In this document: positions 20,606 to 44,142 of the stretch, piece after piece
Layout: each line of letters begins with the position of its first letter
Position numbering within the stretch: position 1 is the first letter of the stretch
Assembly (NCBI GenBank): GCA_030141605.1
Contig: JAQGDQ010001049.1
Span: forward strand, 3,737-67,736
DNA from: Tubiluchus corallicola
Taxonomy: Eukaryota > Animalia > Priapulida
Direction: 5' to 3'
Length of the DNA: 64,000 nt
The notes under the pieces: generated by a model
What the model was told of the DNA's origin: nothing
What the model saw: only the letters and a program-made list of their open reading frames with translations
The model's database searches: none
Position numbers and translations under genes: made by a program

Positions 20606-21344
20606 TGCGAGCATGTTGTAGAACACGATGTATATTGTTCACATGTAGACTAAAGAGCAGTGGCCCATGTAGTGTACCTTGTGAAATACCTCTATTTATG
20701 ATAGCCCAGTCGGAATAAACATTTGATTTTAATTTTACCTATTGCATTTTGTCTTGTAAGAATCTTTTGATAAGGTTTATAGATGCCTGATTAAATTCAA
20801 TTTGCTTGAGATTTTCCAGCAGCAACAAGTGATCAAGACTATCAAAAGCTTTGCTTAAATCTAAGAAAGCTGTTAATACATACTTATTTTTGTCTAGATC
20901 ACTTGTGACGCACGCAGATTTAAACTGTTTCGTAGAATTTTCTCTTTACATTTTTCACATATTGACATATTCACATATCACCGGCTTTTTCGTTTTATAT
21001 AACTCACAGTTTTTCCTGTTATTGCTTGCCATTACCGTTCTGTACGGCAAATTTACGTGCGTAATTAACCCTAGTCTCGGAGCTCGTTAAGAAACTAGGT
21101 ACACTCTACGACGGTCAGAACTTGTCTGAGACTGTTGACTTATTTCTAGACTTGCTTAAATTGTATCACTTATATACAACTTTTATTATTAAGTAATAGT
21201 AGATGTGAAATATTTCAGGTATGGGTCCCATTGGATGTACATTTTTTTTAGATTTTCTAATCGGTATTACCTTCCTGCGTTATGTGACTCAAGTCAACTC
21301 GTATTATGTCTTGATACAGTGTACATTGTTACTCCCCATTGATA

Positions 21345-21460
21345 GATCTCTAGTGGCTTAATGGTGTAAATTTCTAGGTCTGGATAGCTGCCAAGAAAGG
21401 AGAAGGAACTTGAGTTCGAGTCCCAGTGATGATGCAAAACTTTTCCAGACTTCCTCTAAT
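21345..21460 (+). mobile_element. tRNA-derived SINE-like head
   Basis: A-box-like TGGCTTAATGG and B-box GTTCGAGTCC, but no proper cloverleaf. Related B-box heads at ~11430-11530, ~34175-34270, ~41740-41830 (-) and ~43205-43260. Confidence 0.5.
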
Positions 21461-22744
21461 TTAGCCCTGCTTTCGTGTGTTTATATGATTATTACAGTTA
21501 AACCAAGATTAAACGTAAACACATTTATTCACGAGTAATACAGCTATACTATGTAACTCAATGCTACTCTATACATTGTGCAACTTTCACGCAAATCCAA
21601 ATTGTGGAGTTTCCTTTTAGTGCGTAGAATTGGAACAGTTGGCGAACGTTTTGGAGAAGTTGGTCAACCGCAAGATTGGTGTGTATTGCGCATGCGTGTG
21701 CATGAGCAGTAATGCGCCAGCAGGTGCAGATGAAATAACGATGCCGTTAATCTCGGCAGTAATAATGATTTGATGTCCATTGCTATTAGCCTGTTGCTCA
21801 TTGTTAATTATTACCCAATAAATATTATGATTATGGTATATAAACCAGTGAATTGCGTGATGCAATTATTACTAATTTTAATTAACTAAGGAAAGTTCAG
21901 AGCCAAACATTGTCGACGTTTTTTTAATCCTTTGTTGAGCAGCAATATAAAATGTTTTTTTAAAAGAGGCTATGTTTCTGTTGTGCCAGAACTAGGAACT
22001 AACACATTATAAATTACCGAGTAGGATTATTGAAAAAGCGTTCCAAATTTAGAAATTTAGAAACTTAGAAAAGTTTTCAAAAAAGGCAATGCTGCGTGCA
22101 ACATTAAAAATGCACCTCAATTTAAAATGACGTAAGATTTTTAAGAGATTAAGGCATCACAGATTATTTTTTCTGAACAAAAATCAGTTGACAGCAATAA
22201 TATTAGATGGCAATGTTAGTAATAGGTCAGAAATAAAATACATGTAATAGTTATCATATAGTGTGCATGTCTCCCGACAGTGGCGAACTTTGGTGTTCTA
22301 GCATCAAAAATGATCAAAAATACCAAAATGGTAAATGAGTTACTTATTCACTGCATGGTGTTGCTTCCAGTTTCCATTTTTATCACATCTGAACAATCTG
22401 GGTTCTAGCCACGTGGTTTTGAAAGTATCGATAATCTAGCGTTAACACAATTTTTAGACGATAAATAATAGTCGACTAATGAATATGGTGATGTATAGGG
22501 GACATCGGGGTTGGATGTAACACAAGCATGTTGAAATACTATTTTCCAATTTTATTAACTAATAAATAAGAAATAAATAAACTTAAATTATTTTTTATTT
22601 TTATATTTTGTTTATGTCTATGTGTTAACTTTGTAGTTGGAATAGTTAAATATGTGTGTATGTTAGTAGAATTCTTTCCTCTGCAAATAGAGGGACTATA
22701 GGCCTATTGTTATTGTACATAATAGCATAAAATATAGATCAAGT

Positions 22745-22769
22745 ATTATTATTATTATTATTATTATTC

Positions 22770-22840
<71 letters not shown>
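22745..22840. repeat. (TTA)n microsatellite
   Basis: Directly visible. Confidence 0.95.
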
Positions 22841-23036
22841 GTCCAAGTCTACCTAACGCCACAGTCTTCAATTATAAAGATGAATTTGCGTAAAAACCCG
22901 CAAGTGATTTCTGAAGCACTTCGATGTAAGAAAAAAAATTAAGAGTCGTTTAAGGATGAATGAATATTTAATAAGCTATTGCACTTCATATTATGTGATG
23001 ACTTCGGAGTGTTGTAAAATTGTTTCCTCGTGGTCA

Positions 23037-24050
23037 TCAGCTTTGACCAGCGGTTTTTATAATATGTCGGACATGAGTTTGATTACAGGTCATTAAATCG
23101 TCCATGAACCAATGACCAAATTTCTTGGCTCTGGAAATTTTGTTCGGTATCCCAACAATGTAGTTGTTATTTATTATATACGGATCCGGAACTAGATTTT
23201 TCCTTGCACCTTCGTTCATTTTGTACCATATCCCGTCGCTCACAAATCTGTACGGAAATAAGGTGCACTTCGCAGAGGAATATCCTTGTTTGCATAAGAT
23301 ATCCATTATATCTTGTTCGTAGATATTGTGAAGGTTATTTGCTAAACGTTTCGCCATTTCCTTCCAAATCTCTACACCTTCCTTCGTCGAATTGACAAAC
23401 ATGTAATTAACAGAATAATTTTTTTGCTCCAGTTTGGCGCCTAGTTGTGCGCCAATGACGTCATAGTTTTTGTAATTTGCTAAAAGCTGGTTGGGGTTCT
23501 TTAACCACAAACTGTCCGTTTCGAAAAGTACGAAAGAAATGTTTATTTTTAATAAGTGCAGTAAAAATTTTACTCGAAGCAGCAGGTAATACTTGTACTT
23601 CCATTCTCCAAATGAGTACTTTTCCTTGAATTTGTTCAACGTCTTCAACTTCAAGTGAAAAACTTTCACCTTAGGCCACCGTTTCTTCAAGGACATGTAA
23701 GTGGCATCATCTGTAGCGATGAATAGCAACTGATCGTGTACGTCAAAAACTTCAGTGTTGCACAACCAGTTGTGTGACAGTGGAAGATAGGCTTCGTTTA
23801 TCATCGCCACGTGCAAAGTTTTTTCAGGCTTCAAATTTTTTAGCACGTCATCTGCAGCTTCGACAATTTCATGTACTTTCTCGCTTTTTTCTATCACATC
23901 CAGGAATTCTTTTTGTTCCGCATAAACGAGATATGACTTGCGAGACACGATTACCGCAACGTAGGAAAACACAACGAAAACCAGAACGACACACGTTTTT
24001 AATTTTGTTTTCATGCTAAAAACACGATCACGTTTTACTTTCTCGGGCAT
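23037..24050 (-). CDS. Nucleotide-diphospho-sugar transferase (GT77 / Pfam Nucleotid_trans-like), type II membrane glycosyltransferase, intronless CDS, 337 aa
   Basis: N-terminal TM anchor (CVVLVFVVFSYVAVIV). Motifs AMINEAYLPLSHNWLCN, FIATDD, FGEWKY..Y..LRVKFL..LL, a DxD-like FETDSLWLKNP, YEQD, and the C-terminal F.SDG.WY...PYIINNNYIVGIPNKISRAKKFGHWF, typical of this family. Confidence 0.85.
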   Translation of the reverse strand: MPEKVKRDRVFSMKTKLKTCVVLVFVVFSYVAVIVSRKSYLVYAEQKEFLDVIEKSEKVHEIVEAADDVLKNLKPEKTLHVAMINEAYLPLSHNWLCNTEVFDVHDQLLFIATDDATYMSLKKRWPKVKVFHLKLKTLNKFKEKYSFGEWKYKYYLLLRVKFLLHLLKINISFVLFETDSLWLKNPNQLLANYKNYDVIGAQLGAKLEQKNYSVNYMFVNSTKEGVEIWKEMAKRLANNLHNIYEQDIMDILCKQGYSSAKCTLFPYRFVSDGIWYKMNEGARKNLVPDPYIINNNYIVGIPNKISRAKKFGHWFMDDLMTCNQTHVRHIIKTAGQS

Positions 24051-26083
24051 TTTTTACCGCAAACATAGAGCATTACGGTTGCAGTTGGTATTACACTCAC
24101 ATTTTTCAAGCTGCAATAGCCACCAACATAGTTTTTTGTCATGAAGTACTACATATTTAAGCAATTGTCCTGTCATTGCAGCGTCATTTTTTCACATTTT
24201 TTCACTTTACGCTTTAAAATTTTAACTAGTATCTCACGCATTGATTGTAATGGTTAACAATTAGTTTTCTTGCTGCTGCAGACTCTTCGATATTATTATT
24301 GTAATATAAATCGCTAATATAACTATTATAAGAGCTTATCAACAACTTATTAGGAAAATACTTCAAAGGAAGAAAAATGTCATACATCACACTGATTCAT
24401 CTATCAGTGAGTAATTTGGGTTTATAGTACCCTGCATTCCACACTAGTACACGCCATAAATGTAGTAAGCTGTAAAAGGTAAATATGAACTTTGGTCAAT
24501 GGTCATACAACGCTGTTTAGAAACCTTGATGCCTTTCTCCTGATTGGCAGTCCACAACAGCTGCTTGACGTCTTTACATAGCTGGTGGTTTTATAATGTA
24601 AAGACAATAATTAGGAATTTTGTTTTCCTACCTTTAAAATATCGGATAAATTTATTTTTTACACATGTACATTAAAATAGTAAAAATTTAATAGTAGAAA
24701 TTGCTTATTATATACAAGACATTTTTCAGTTACGCGAGGAAGGATGTCATTATAATGTAACAAAGGAATTATTATAATATAATATTTGAAAACCCAGCCT
24801 AAATGTCATGTTTACTAGAACTACACGTAGATTATTATCATAACGGAACCGGTATGCGTGATACTTTAAATATGACCATAAATTTACATTTAGTCAACAC
24901 ACCTCTGCCGGTTCAGTGTTTGATCTGAGAGAGGTGATTTTTAGCAACGAGCAAGTTTTATTACAAACATTTAGTAGAGTAGGCCTTACCTTTGAACGTT
25001 TTCCGCCTTCTCTCACAACCTTTTTATATAAATTCTGCCGCTTCTCTTATTAGTTTCTGCCTTCACAAAAAATCAATTTCTGCTGTTAATCAAACTGTGA
25101 AATTCCGTTACAATGCATTTACATTTTTTGCAAGTCATTTCTATAATCAGTATAAAGAAAACATTGCGTTAAAAATGTTCTTCACTTTTTACAACATTTA
25201 GGTTGAAAACAGCCAGTGTTTCTATTGGTAATGGTAAAATAGCCTAGACAGTGACAAACAAAGATTGTTCAGCTCTTGTCATGAAAAATTTCATATAATG
25301 CTTTGTGGCCTGCAAAATTCGGGTTTAAACAGTCTTTCATTTAGGTTTAATGCTAATTATTATTGTTTGAAAATTAGATGCGGCATGTACAAATTTGGGT
25401 CATATTCGCGAAAATCTTATTAAATTTTATTTATAACGTAAATTCTTAATTCCGATAATTACAAACAAATTTCGGTGCCACAAAAACATTTTCTTTGTTA
25501 TTCTGCCTCATATTAATAAGTTCGTATTACAAACGTAACATCTGAATTTTTCTGGCTCGATGTTCACCCAAATTAATCGTTTCAGCAAAGTGAAATGTGT
25601 ATTCATGAAGACCCATGAAAGGCCTAATAGGTCTACCTTGTCGTGAATGAATTAAATTGATTTTATCACATTCGTTGAATTCATTCACCCAGAGCTGTGA
25701 TCTAATGCAGATGCAACAACAAGCCACTAAGTGCATCTAACAACAGCATCTTTTTGAATGGTGAGTTTTCACAAAATATTTTTGCGTTTACATTTCTATT
25801 TTTATGACAATAACCGCAGCACAAATTTGAGTCAGACGTAGTTTAAAAAAAGAGAGGAGAGGGAGGAAGAGCGAGGAGGACATTAAACGAAACAGAGAGG
25901 GAGGAACATTTGCATGTCATGTGATTCCATTGATCTGAAATGTTAGCACGAAGCATATAATGACCAACAATCTAAACAACACTGAACCTGGTCAATAAAT
26001 GGAAGGTAACTCCCGGGAAAACTGTTTCTGGGCGGTATCACCTCACTGAGCGAAGATGTGTAAATCCGAACATGGCTGACAAC

Positions 26084-26270
<187 letters not shown>

Positions 26271-26807
26271 TTAGGTAGTGCTGTTGGTTGTGGTGGTGAG
26301 GTGATGGTGATGTCGACAGCGGCTATGGTGATGGTGGCGTCGGCAGCAGCAGCAGTAGTAGTAAGAATATTAAAATTATTGTTTTTAATTTTACAATAAA
26401 TTAATGACAGCTTATCTAACCAGTTTTAAAGGTAACACGTTACTTTTATATTGAGTATAAGATAACACTACATGCTATTATCGTATTAAAGTTTACATGG
26501 AGCATTTAATTTTTTGCGTTGTACTTAGTTCGTTATTATTGAAAGAAAATGTAGCCAGTCCCTTTAACACTATTAAATTGTTTTTAAAATGAAAGTGAAC
26601 TGTAGCCAGTTTCTGTTACAGGTTTTGAGTACATTAGTCTAGTGCTTTATGTACTGGTTATATTGTTCGACTGAATAAAAATAGAGAAGAAACGGGACTA
26701 TATGTAACGTATTATTATTAAGATAATACAAAATATTAGCTAACATGAAAAGCACAATAAAATCTGCACAATAAAATGCATGCCCGTAAATTTGCAATAG
26801 TATGTAT

Positions 26808-27222
26808 AGGTGGGAAGAACATAAAAAATTATGTTTGTAAGGTCCGAAAATTTATTGGCCAGTAATAAAAATTTTCAAGCGTAATTATAGCCATGCAGAA
26901 ATAATATGAAAATTTAAATGCAGTTAATCAATTACCAAGGCTGCCGTTGTAAAAAATCTAGGTGTTTTTTAATAAGAAAATACAAAACTAGAAACAAAGA
27001 ACCAAATTAGCATGTACATGAAAACATATTGCTTATGCACGACTCATATTTTACCATCGAGAAACATCTAGATTTTTTAATACCTGGCAGCCTAGGTAAT
27101 TGACTAACTGCAAGTGAATTTTCATATTATTTCTGCATGGTTATATTACGCTTGAATATTTTAATTACTGGGCCAATAAATTTTCGCACGTTGCAAACAA
27201 ATTTTTTACGTTCTTCACACCT
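26808..27222. mobile_element. Foldback MITE with ~160-bp inverted arms
   Basis: AGGTGGGAAGAAC...CCATGCAGAAATAATATGAAAATT...AAAAAATCTAG is mirrored by CTAGATTTTTT...AATTTTCATATTATTTCTGCATGG...GTTCTTCACACCT. Confidence 0.8.
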
Positions 27223-28639
27223 GACAATACCTTAATTCATTAGATAATAAACTTGATAACATTGGGCAATCAAATTAACTATTGAAGGCATATTCAGTGC
27301 CCGTAGATTGTTTCCCTAAATTACTAAGAAACTGCAGGACAGACCTAACGACTATTTTTTGAAAAAGATTCATAAAGAAAAGATAACAGTGATGAGAGGA
27401 GGTAACAAACTGCGGTGAGGAAAGAGGTAATGTTTGCACATGCTCATCCCGTAAATTAGCAATGCGTAGACTCTTCGAACTTTTGTATGTCCCCTTTGTT
27501 CATCTTCGTCAGCAGCATATAATTGCGTTTGTTATTAGCTGTGTTAGTTGTTATTTCAAAAGGCAACATTCATACAAAGTATTTTAGAATATCTGAAATT
27601 GGTGTAATTGTTACAATTGTTAAAAATAAACCGGAACTTTTTATAAACACTCACAGTCACAATCTAACAAATTAATAATATTTTACATTTTGGAGTAGGT
27701 TTTGTGAGCCGTTTTAGTTATTAAACTTAAAAACTCATCTCAGTTTAGAAGAACGTGAAAGAACAGTTCAAAGAGAATGGTTAGGGCCATTTTACACGTT
27801 AGGCCTACAATAATATATTTTGAAGGAAAAACATGGGTAACATGGTGAATTCTGCATTTTGTTTCGTTTATTAAAACTAATCGACAGTTAAAGTGAGAAA
27901 AGTGCAACTTGCTTCTCGTTGTCCACGTTTTTTATTCATCTGCTTGAATAAAAAATAAACCCTACCAAGCACATTCGTTAGGTTCAAAACATTTCGAATT
28001 ACTAATTATTGGGAATCTAATAATTTAACTTTAGCTTATCTTTTAGAAATAACAGAAGAGAATTAAATTACAGTTTTAAAACCAATTTACTTCTCGCGTA
28101 AGACCATATCAAGCCACGTGAAATTTCTAACAGTTTGCATTATTTAAAGGAGAGGGTAGCAACATTTCAATTAGATGACACATCAACAATAATAATCAAC
28201 TGCGTAAGTGACATAACGCCGCTAACCACCGGGTGACGTCACAGTGTAGGAAGGTTAGTTTTAAAGAGATAGTTGCCATGTAATGTCGTGTTGTCGTCAC
28301 CTCCGTCTTTTCTTGGTGAAAAGTCTATAATTTTGAAGTAGTTAATTTGAGCTATATAACCGTGGGGTTGATGTGTTATGTGCGCTGAAAGCAATTCTGA
28401 TATTGAGAAGTCGGCCGGACTTAAGCAGAATGCCGGTGGTGGTAACATTATGTTATCGATAAGTAATTTTTCATAGGTTAAACATGTTAAACTGTTATCG
28501 GCCAGGTTAAGAGGCTAAAGGAGATTATACCTTTGATTATTTACCCCGTGTACTGCTCAAATTAGTTGAACTATCGTATCCACGTTCCCGATTATCCGCT
28601 ATTGTACCTACTTTCCTTTTTCATAATTCCAAACTTTTA

Positions 28640-37886
<9,247 letters not shown>

Positions 37887-38179
37887 CTAAGTACTGTACA
37901 GGCAAAAAAGAGTAAATAAGTATGATTGTAATGATGATAATGATGACGATGACGATGATGATGATTGTGATGATGACGACGACGTGGAAGACGACGACGA
38001 CGGTGATGATCATAGTGACGATGGTGGTGATGATGATTAAGTACAGTAATGGCAGCGCAAATTTAAATCAATGGCGGCAAGTGTGCATTTTTTCATTTGA
38101 GTTTGTCACGTGGCTTCACATAAACGCACAAAAGCAATACTATATTATAAAGTGCTGCACCAGCACAGGGCCCTAATCC

Positions 38180-38194
38180 GAGAGAGAGAGAGAG

Positions 38195-38235
<41 letters not shown>

Positions 38236-38241
38236 GAGGAG

Positions 38242-38310
<69 letters not shown>
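38180..38310. repeat. (GA)n microsatellite
   Basis: Directly visible. Confidence 0.95.
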
Positions 38311-38312
<2 letters not shown>

Positions 38313-39929
38313 CATAAATCGGCGATGATCATGCGTCGGCCTACACAGATCGTAGCTTACAGTATTATATGTTATTATAGTAATTAATAGTTGATTATGT
38401 GTCGGGTTATACAAAAATCGTAGCTTACAGTATTATATTATTCTAGTAATTAGTAGTAATTATAATAGTAATTATAATGGCAGGCAATTGCATCATAAAA
38501 ATTGAAATTGAAATAATGCGTTTTAGACTTAGCATGTTCTGTACAGTAGACAAAGAATAAGAATTGCGACAGGATTTAGTTTTTGCAAATTGCCGAGCCA
38601 GAAGCCATGTCACTATAAAAGCCTGGGACACGTAGACAGTATGTCAGTGTCATGACATAAACGAAGTTTATGAAGTTTTCCTGCGTAGGTGCCAATAAAT
38701 TCTTAACATTTTCGTGCTAAAATGCTAGAAATTGTGTGTCAGTGGCGTTATAAATTTGAGCACACACTAATGTAAGTGCATTTTATAATTATTACTATAA
38801 TAAAAGTCACACGTGAATGAAATAATTTTCGAATTTGAATTTCCAACGAATGTAACCGATTACATAGACTCGTCTACCTGAGCTTAATTTTGATGACCAG
38901 CTATAGTGCTGACTGGTCAAAAACTCACACTTTTGGCTAAAATTAGGGTTATTTCGTTTTTTCGATGTCTTCCTGTGACTTTTTTACCTGGATTCGCTAT
39001 AGTAACGTGTTAAGAAAAATTTTTTTGGGGCATATGTCTTAGTCATTTGTTTATAAAACACAGCACAGATGGTCTGCATTAAAATTCAATAACTTTTTTA
39101 AAAACCAACCTTTCGAATGAATGAAACTACTGAAATACAACCTCATATTCAATTTCTGAATCCCGAAGTCATTTTTAAAATCCGAAAGCTTTGTTTTTAA
39201 CAAAATTTTATTGGACTTTACTTGTTTTTTTTGTAATTACTGATTATGGTTTGATTTTATAACAAAAGTCATGTCCCAGTGATGTTTAGACGTTAAGGTA
39301 CAGTATATTAATTTGCAGTATACTGTCCAAAACTCCGAAACTGTCGCTTTGCTTACAGCAGTGGAAAATAAGGGCAAATTATTTTTTCGCGATTATGTAA
39401 GTTATGCTGAAATAACGTAATTAAGTTGAATGAAAATACTAGACGAGCTTCATTAACGTTAGATATTAACTCCGGTTTTTAGCCGCGTCTGTGTACTAGA
39501 TACTTACGTACTAAGATTAATACATACTTTATTAATTACTTGTGCAGTATCTTGAAATGATGTGTTTTTCTACTTTCTTTTTATTAGAAAATTACCTGCG
39601 TGTTTTATTGCTGTTAGGTGCATTACATGAAGTTCATCCAAAGAACTTTGCGTGTTTATAATTTCTGTAAAGTTTTCAGAACATAAGGTTAAATTTTTTC
39701 TAACTTCGAACTCAACTTTTGGTTATTATGCGCATTAAGTTTTGTCGTAATCACATCCTGTGCTTTTTTGGTTAAAAGTTTAGTAGTTGTTTTGACAAAG
39801 TTTTACTGGTTAGATTCTAGAAATTGGCCGTTTGGACTGTAACGTACACTTGCACCTGCTTTCATAAAAAATCTTAATGGACTGATAATTCATTCGCCCT
39901 TCTAAAGCAAAATGGATTTATCCGCGGGC

Positions 39930-42910
39930 TTCAAGGTTATGAATGAACTTTCTGGTGACCTTAAACAGTATCAGGCATATATTATAGACATGAATGTCGA
40001 TAAAGAAGCCCTTTTTCTGCTATAGAATGAATTTGCAGCTGTTTGTAAGCTGTTAACTTATATGTTGCTATTAAAAGAAGTTGATTTTATGTTGTTTAAA
40101 TTATGATATTGCAGTTTTTCACCGGAAATTCTGGGCTGGTACTATAGAATAAGAAGTATGCATGCGTGATTTAATTTAATTGTTACATTTATTTGAATAT
40201 CAGAAAAAAGACACGCATAGTATTGATTTTTAATTCACCTTATTTTACACCATTGCTGTTTGTGACAGTCAGGCCTGGATTAATACATAGCAGATTAAGC
40301 ACATGTTTAGAGCACTAAGGCTCAGTGGGCACCAAGCTGGTAAAAAATAAATTGAAAACAGATTAAAAGATCATGAAAGTTTTATGCAGTTCAAAATGTG
40401 TGAGGTAGAGGGTTACAAGAGAATGATTAATTTTTTGTTTTTGTCAGGAATCATACCTTTTTTGTAGCCGATTTATTTAATCAAAATTTGATTTTGAAGT
40501 CAGTAAAGAATTTAAGTGGCATAAATCCTATATAGGACAATGAAGTTGGTTTTTAAATGTCGGAAAATTTGCATCGCATAATACGTATGCTTTGAGCCGC
40601 GAGACGTGCACGTGGTGTGAGGGACAAAGAAGAGAGACGGGGTACTCAAAAAAATTTTGAGAAACAGTACCCGTTTCGCAATTATTCAATTCATTATGGT
40701 AATTAAATAATTATTTTATTAGATGCAGTTTCATGGATACTGAAACGGTACTTTACGGGACACGATTTTCTACACGCTGGGATGCTATATATATATATTT
40801 CATGGATGCTGAAACGTATATTTACCAATTATGAGACTAAAGATTTGAGTCTTGACACAATTAAATGGAAACAGTTTTTACGGATCTCAGGTTTGAATTT
40901 GACTTTTTTGTTACACTTTGCTGCTACAGAAACATAAGTAGTAAAAATATTTGGCAATTGGTCATAATAAGTAGGTTTGAATAACTGAGTGGTCACGATA
41001 CGTACTTTGCAACCGAAGCGAAGCCATACCAAGATTGATTACTGAATTGACAGGTGACAACTGGGTGTTTAGAGTTTATCACTATAATTTCAATAATAAT
41101 TGTCATTTGACCTTATTTCTTATTTGCTTACAGTAAAATTTCGCATTTTTTTCATTTTTTCCAGGATGATACTCAACCGCAGGAGGGTGTTGGAAAGACA
41201 GATTTAACCCCGGAACAATAGATCTAATGGGTGGATGTTTTCGATACCCAGATGACATCTAGCGACTACATTTACTCACTGACGTGGGTGAAGTTTTGTT
41301 TCTTTCATGACGGCCATTATAATCCAATTAATTAATTAATCTAATAGATGGATGCCTTTTGATACCCAGATGACGTAGTTCTTTCACGACGGCCATTATA
41401 GTACAATTAATTAATCTGCTTCAACAAAGCATTTGCAGAGGTAGTGTCTGCAGTGGTTATGGCGTGTGATAGTTAATCGATGAATCCGGTGTGCAATATA
41501 CTCGGATTTGTTGAACTCGACTCGTGTCAGTTTTACTTTATTCCTCGGGCCTCGAACTCCTATCACAAAATAGTTCCTTTATTAATTATAACCTCATTTG
41601 CCTTTAACAGGTACCCTCACCATACGAGAATTAGTTAAGAAAGTTTTAGTTTTCTGAACCCTGTATTCATTTTTTTGTTTTCTTACTTCAAACTGACCAC
41701 TGGCCTATAAGGCCAGCGTTTGGCACGATCTTTGTAAAAAATGAAATTAGACTGAAGCGAGAAACTGTGAAAAAACCAAGGCTGAGTCTAGATTTGAACC
41801 GGGAACTTTCTACAAAAGAGGGCAAATGAGCGTTAGGAAATACTGCACTTGCTGATGAGCTATTGGGATCGATTAGTAATCAAATCAGAGTTTAATTTAT
41901 GTCTTAGGTGTTTGCAGTAGAATGTGGATCCACATGGATCCACAGGACAATCACATGGATACCTGGAAGACCACAGCGACCTCACTGGAAGTACATGGCA
42001 CGTGACAGTTGGCCAAAGATATTTGTACCTCCACGATCATCATGACGGAAGAAACCGAAGATAGCAAGTGAGAAGATGTTGGTGCAAGAGCGAGTTCTAC
42101 CGAACTGAACACACCCCCTTTTAGGTAAAACAAGGACGTAGTCAGCAGCGACACAGACTCTGATGGACCCATTGATTTCCAGCAATGATGTAATTTGTAA
42201 GTAACTTGTTGCTGTATTAAAGGCAAAAATCAGTCTGTCTGTTAGTGACAGCAAATAAGAGATTCACTGGAAAACTGGTGGTCACTAGATCACTATATAG
42301 ATCACTATATATCACAGAGTGAAATAGTATAAATGTGACGCTTCTTGCATGTTAATTATTTTTAGCATCAGCTAATAGGTTAATATGGTCCGCATTTGGA
42401 TACATTCAGTTATTGTGGTTTCAAGATCGGATCTTGTACTGCGCCTTGCAGTCTATAGTGGCTATTTACTACTCTTGTTTAAGTGGTTGCTTTCAGTCTA
42501 TAACTGCCTCCATGTACTAAGCAGCGAAGGAAGGCAAATAACCGTTACGTCCATAACCTATTTTCTCTGTAAATAGAAACCTTATTATTTTGTATATTAA
42601 AGGAAAGCATTGTTTGTTATACTTGCTTGGCTGTTATAGATTGTTATTTACGATCTGTCTTTTTTTGTATGCCAGTAATGATTTTTTTTATCTAATACTG
42701 TACAAATATTCATGCTAATTGTTTCATTTTTGTCATTATTAGATGCTATTCAGTTATGACTACACTCAGATAATGAGCGACTGCAGCAGCAGCAGCAAAA
42801 CAAAACACCAACTAGAAGATGGCAGCATCGCAGAGTCACTTCACATTAGCAAGTTCAGCGTATGATGGCGTGTGGAAAAAAGAACAATTAAACAGACTTA
42901 AGGCCATGTA
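39930..42910 (+). pseudogene. Possible decayed multi-exon gene, perhaps DNA-transposon derived, with a SAM-like first exon
   Basis: Exon-like segments with splice signals and in-frame stops: ~39939-40045 (MNELSGDLKQYQAYIIDMNVDKEALFLL*NEFAAV|gtaag), ~41910-42196 and ~42743-42907. Confidence 0.3.
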
Positions 42911-44078
42911 AATATTGGTAATATATTCTGTTACTGTAAGAGTGTTGAGTCGTCATTAACCCTATTCTCTTTATATATACTTAAGCTTATGTTTGAAACA
43001 ATGCTTATGTCATTTGAAACAATTTTTATTATAATAGTATTTTGTTTGGTAAGCATAATTTCCCATGTGCAAAAATGGTATTAAGCTTCTGGGGGCATTT
43101 ATTGTTTTTTCAAATGAATTTTCCCTGAAAAAATAGATTGATTTTTCTCTATCATCCTTATTAGGCAGTGTCAAATATTTCCCATCGAATTCAACTTTCT
43201 TGAATTAGTGACAAAAAAGTCTCCAGTTCAAATCCGCCTCGGTCCCAACTTTTTCATATTATGTTTTCTCTGGTCATGCTTTGTTTCAGACATTAATGGA
43301 GAATTCACACATTCACTGTTGTTAATCTTGAAATTGAGATTTATGGTGCAAGTCAAATTGCGCAAGATAAAACACGACCGAGTTTCGTGAAACTAAATTT
43401 CATAATAGATTTTTAGTAATAGAGTTAACAAAGCGCGTGACAATACTCGTATCATATAGTTCTGCTTTCTGTAACCAGATATCTAATCGTAATGCTAAAA
43501 AGCAATATAAAAAACCCCAGATTATATATTCTTTTTATCAAACTCATTTAGCAAACAAGTTATTTCGATTAAAATGTTCGAAGTCCCAAATGCGTTGAGC
43601 ATTACCTGTGGCAGTCACAACACGGTGCTAGCTGTATAAAACCCGAGCTCGTTCTAGAATATTTAACTTCAAGTTTTCTACAGGGGCTTCAATTTAAGAT
43701 TGAGACTTAGAAACAACACGAAGCCTACCACTGCAGTTACTCTACTACTTGAGGTGTTAGATCACAAGTCATGAAAAAAAGAGAACACTGAAGGCAGGGT
43801 GGTCAAACTTGTTACAAGGTAGATTCCGCCCTGTTGAGAGTGTAAGGTACCAGGCGAGGGTTCTGTGCTTAGAGCCATCTCTAGCAGGGTGAGGATTGAA
43901 AGTCAGCATCTAATCAGGTCAGATCCTTGTGTATTCTGTAATGGTGAACATTTGCTAAAGGTTTTCTTTGTCTCCGCTTTTCCAGTCTCTCTCTCTCTCA
44001 TGTTTTCTTACTCTTTCTGTGACTCTCTCTGTCTTTGTTTTTCTCTTTATTAGCTCACTTTTCGTTATGCATTTATAT

Positions 44079-44079
<1 letters not shown>

Positions 44080-44142
<63 letters not shown>

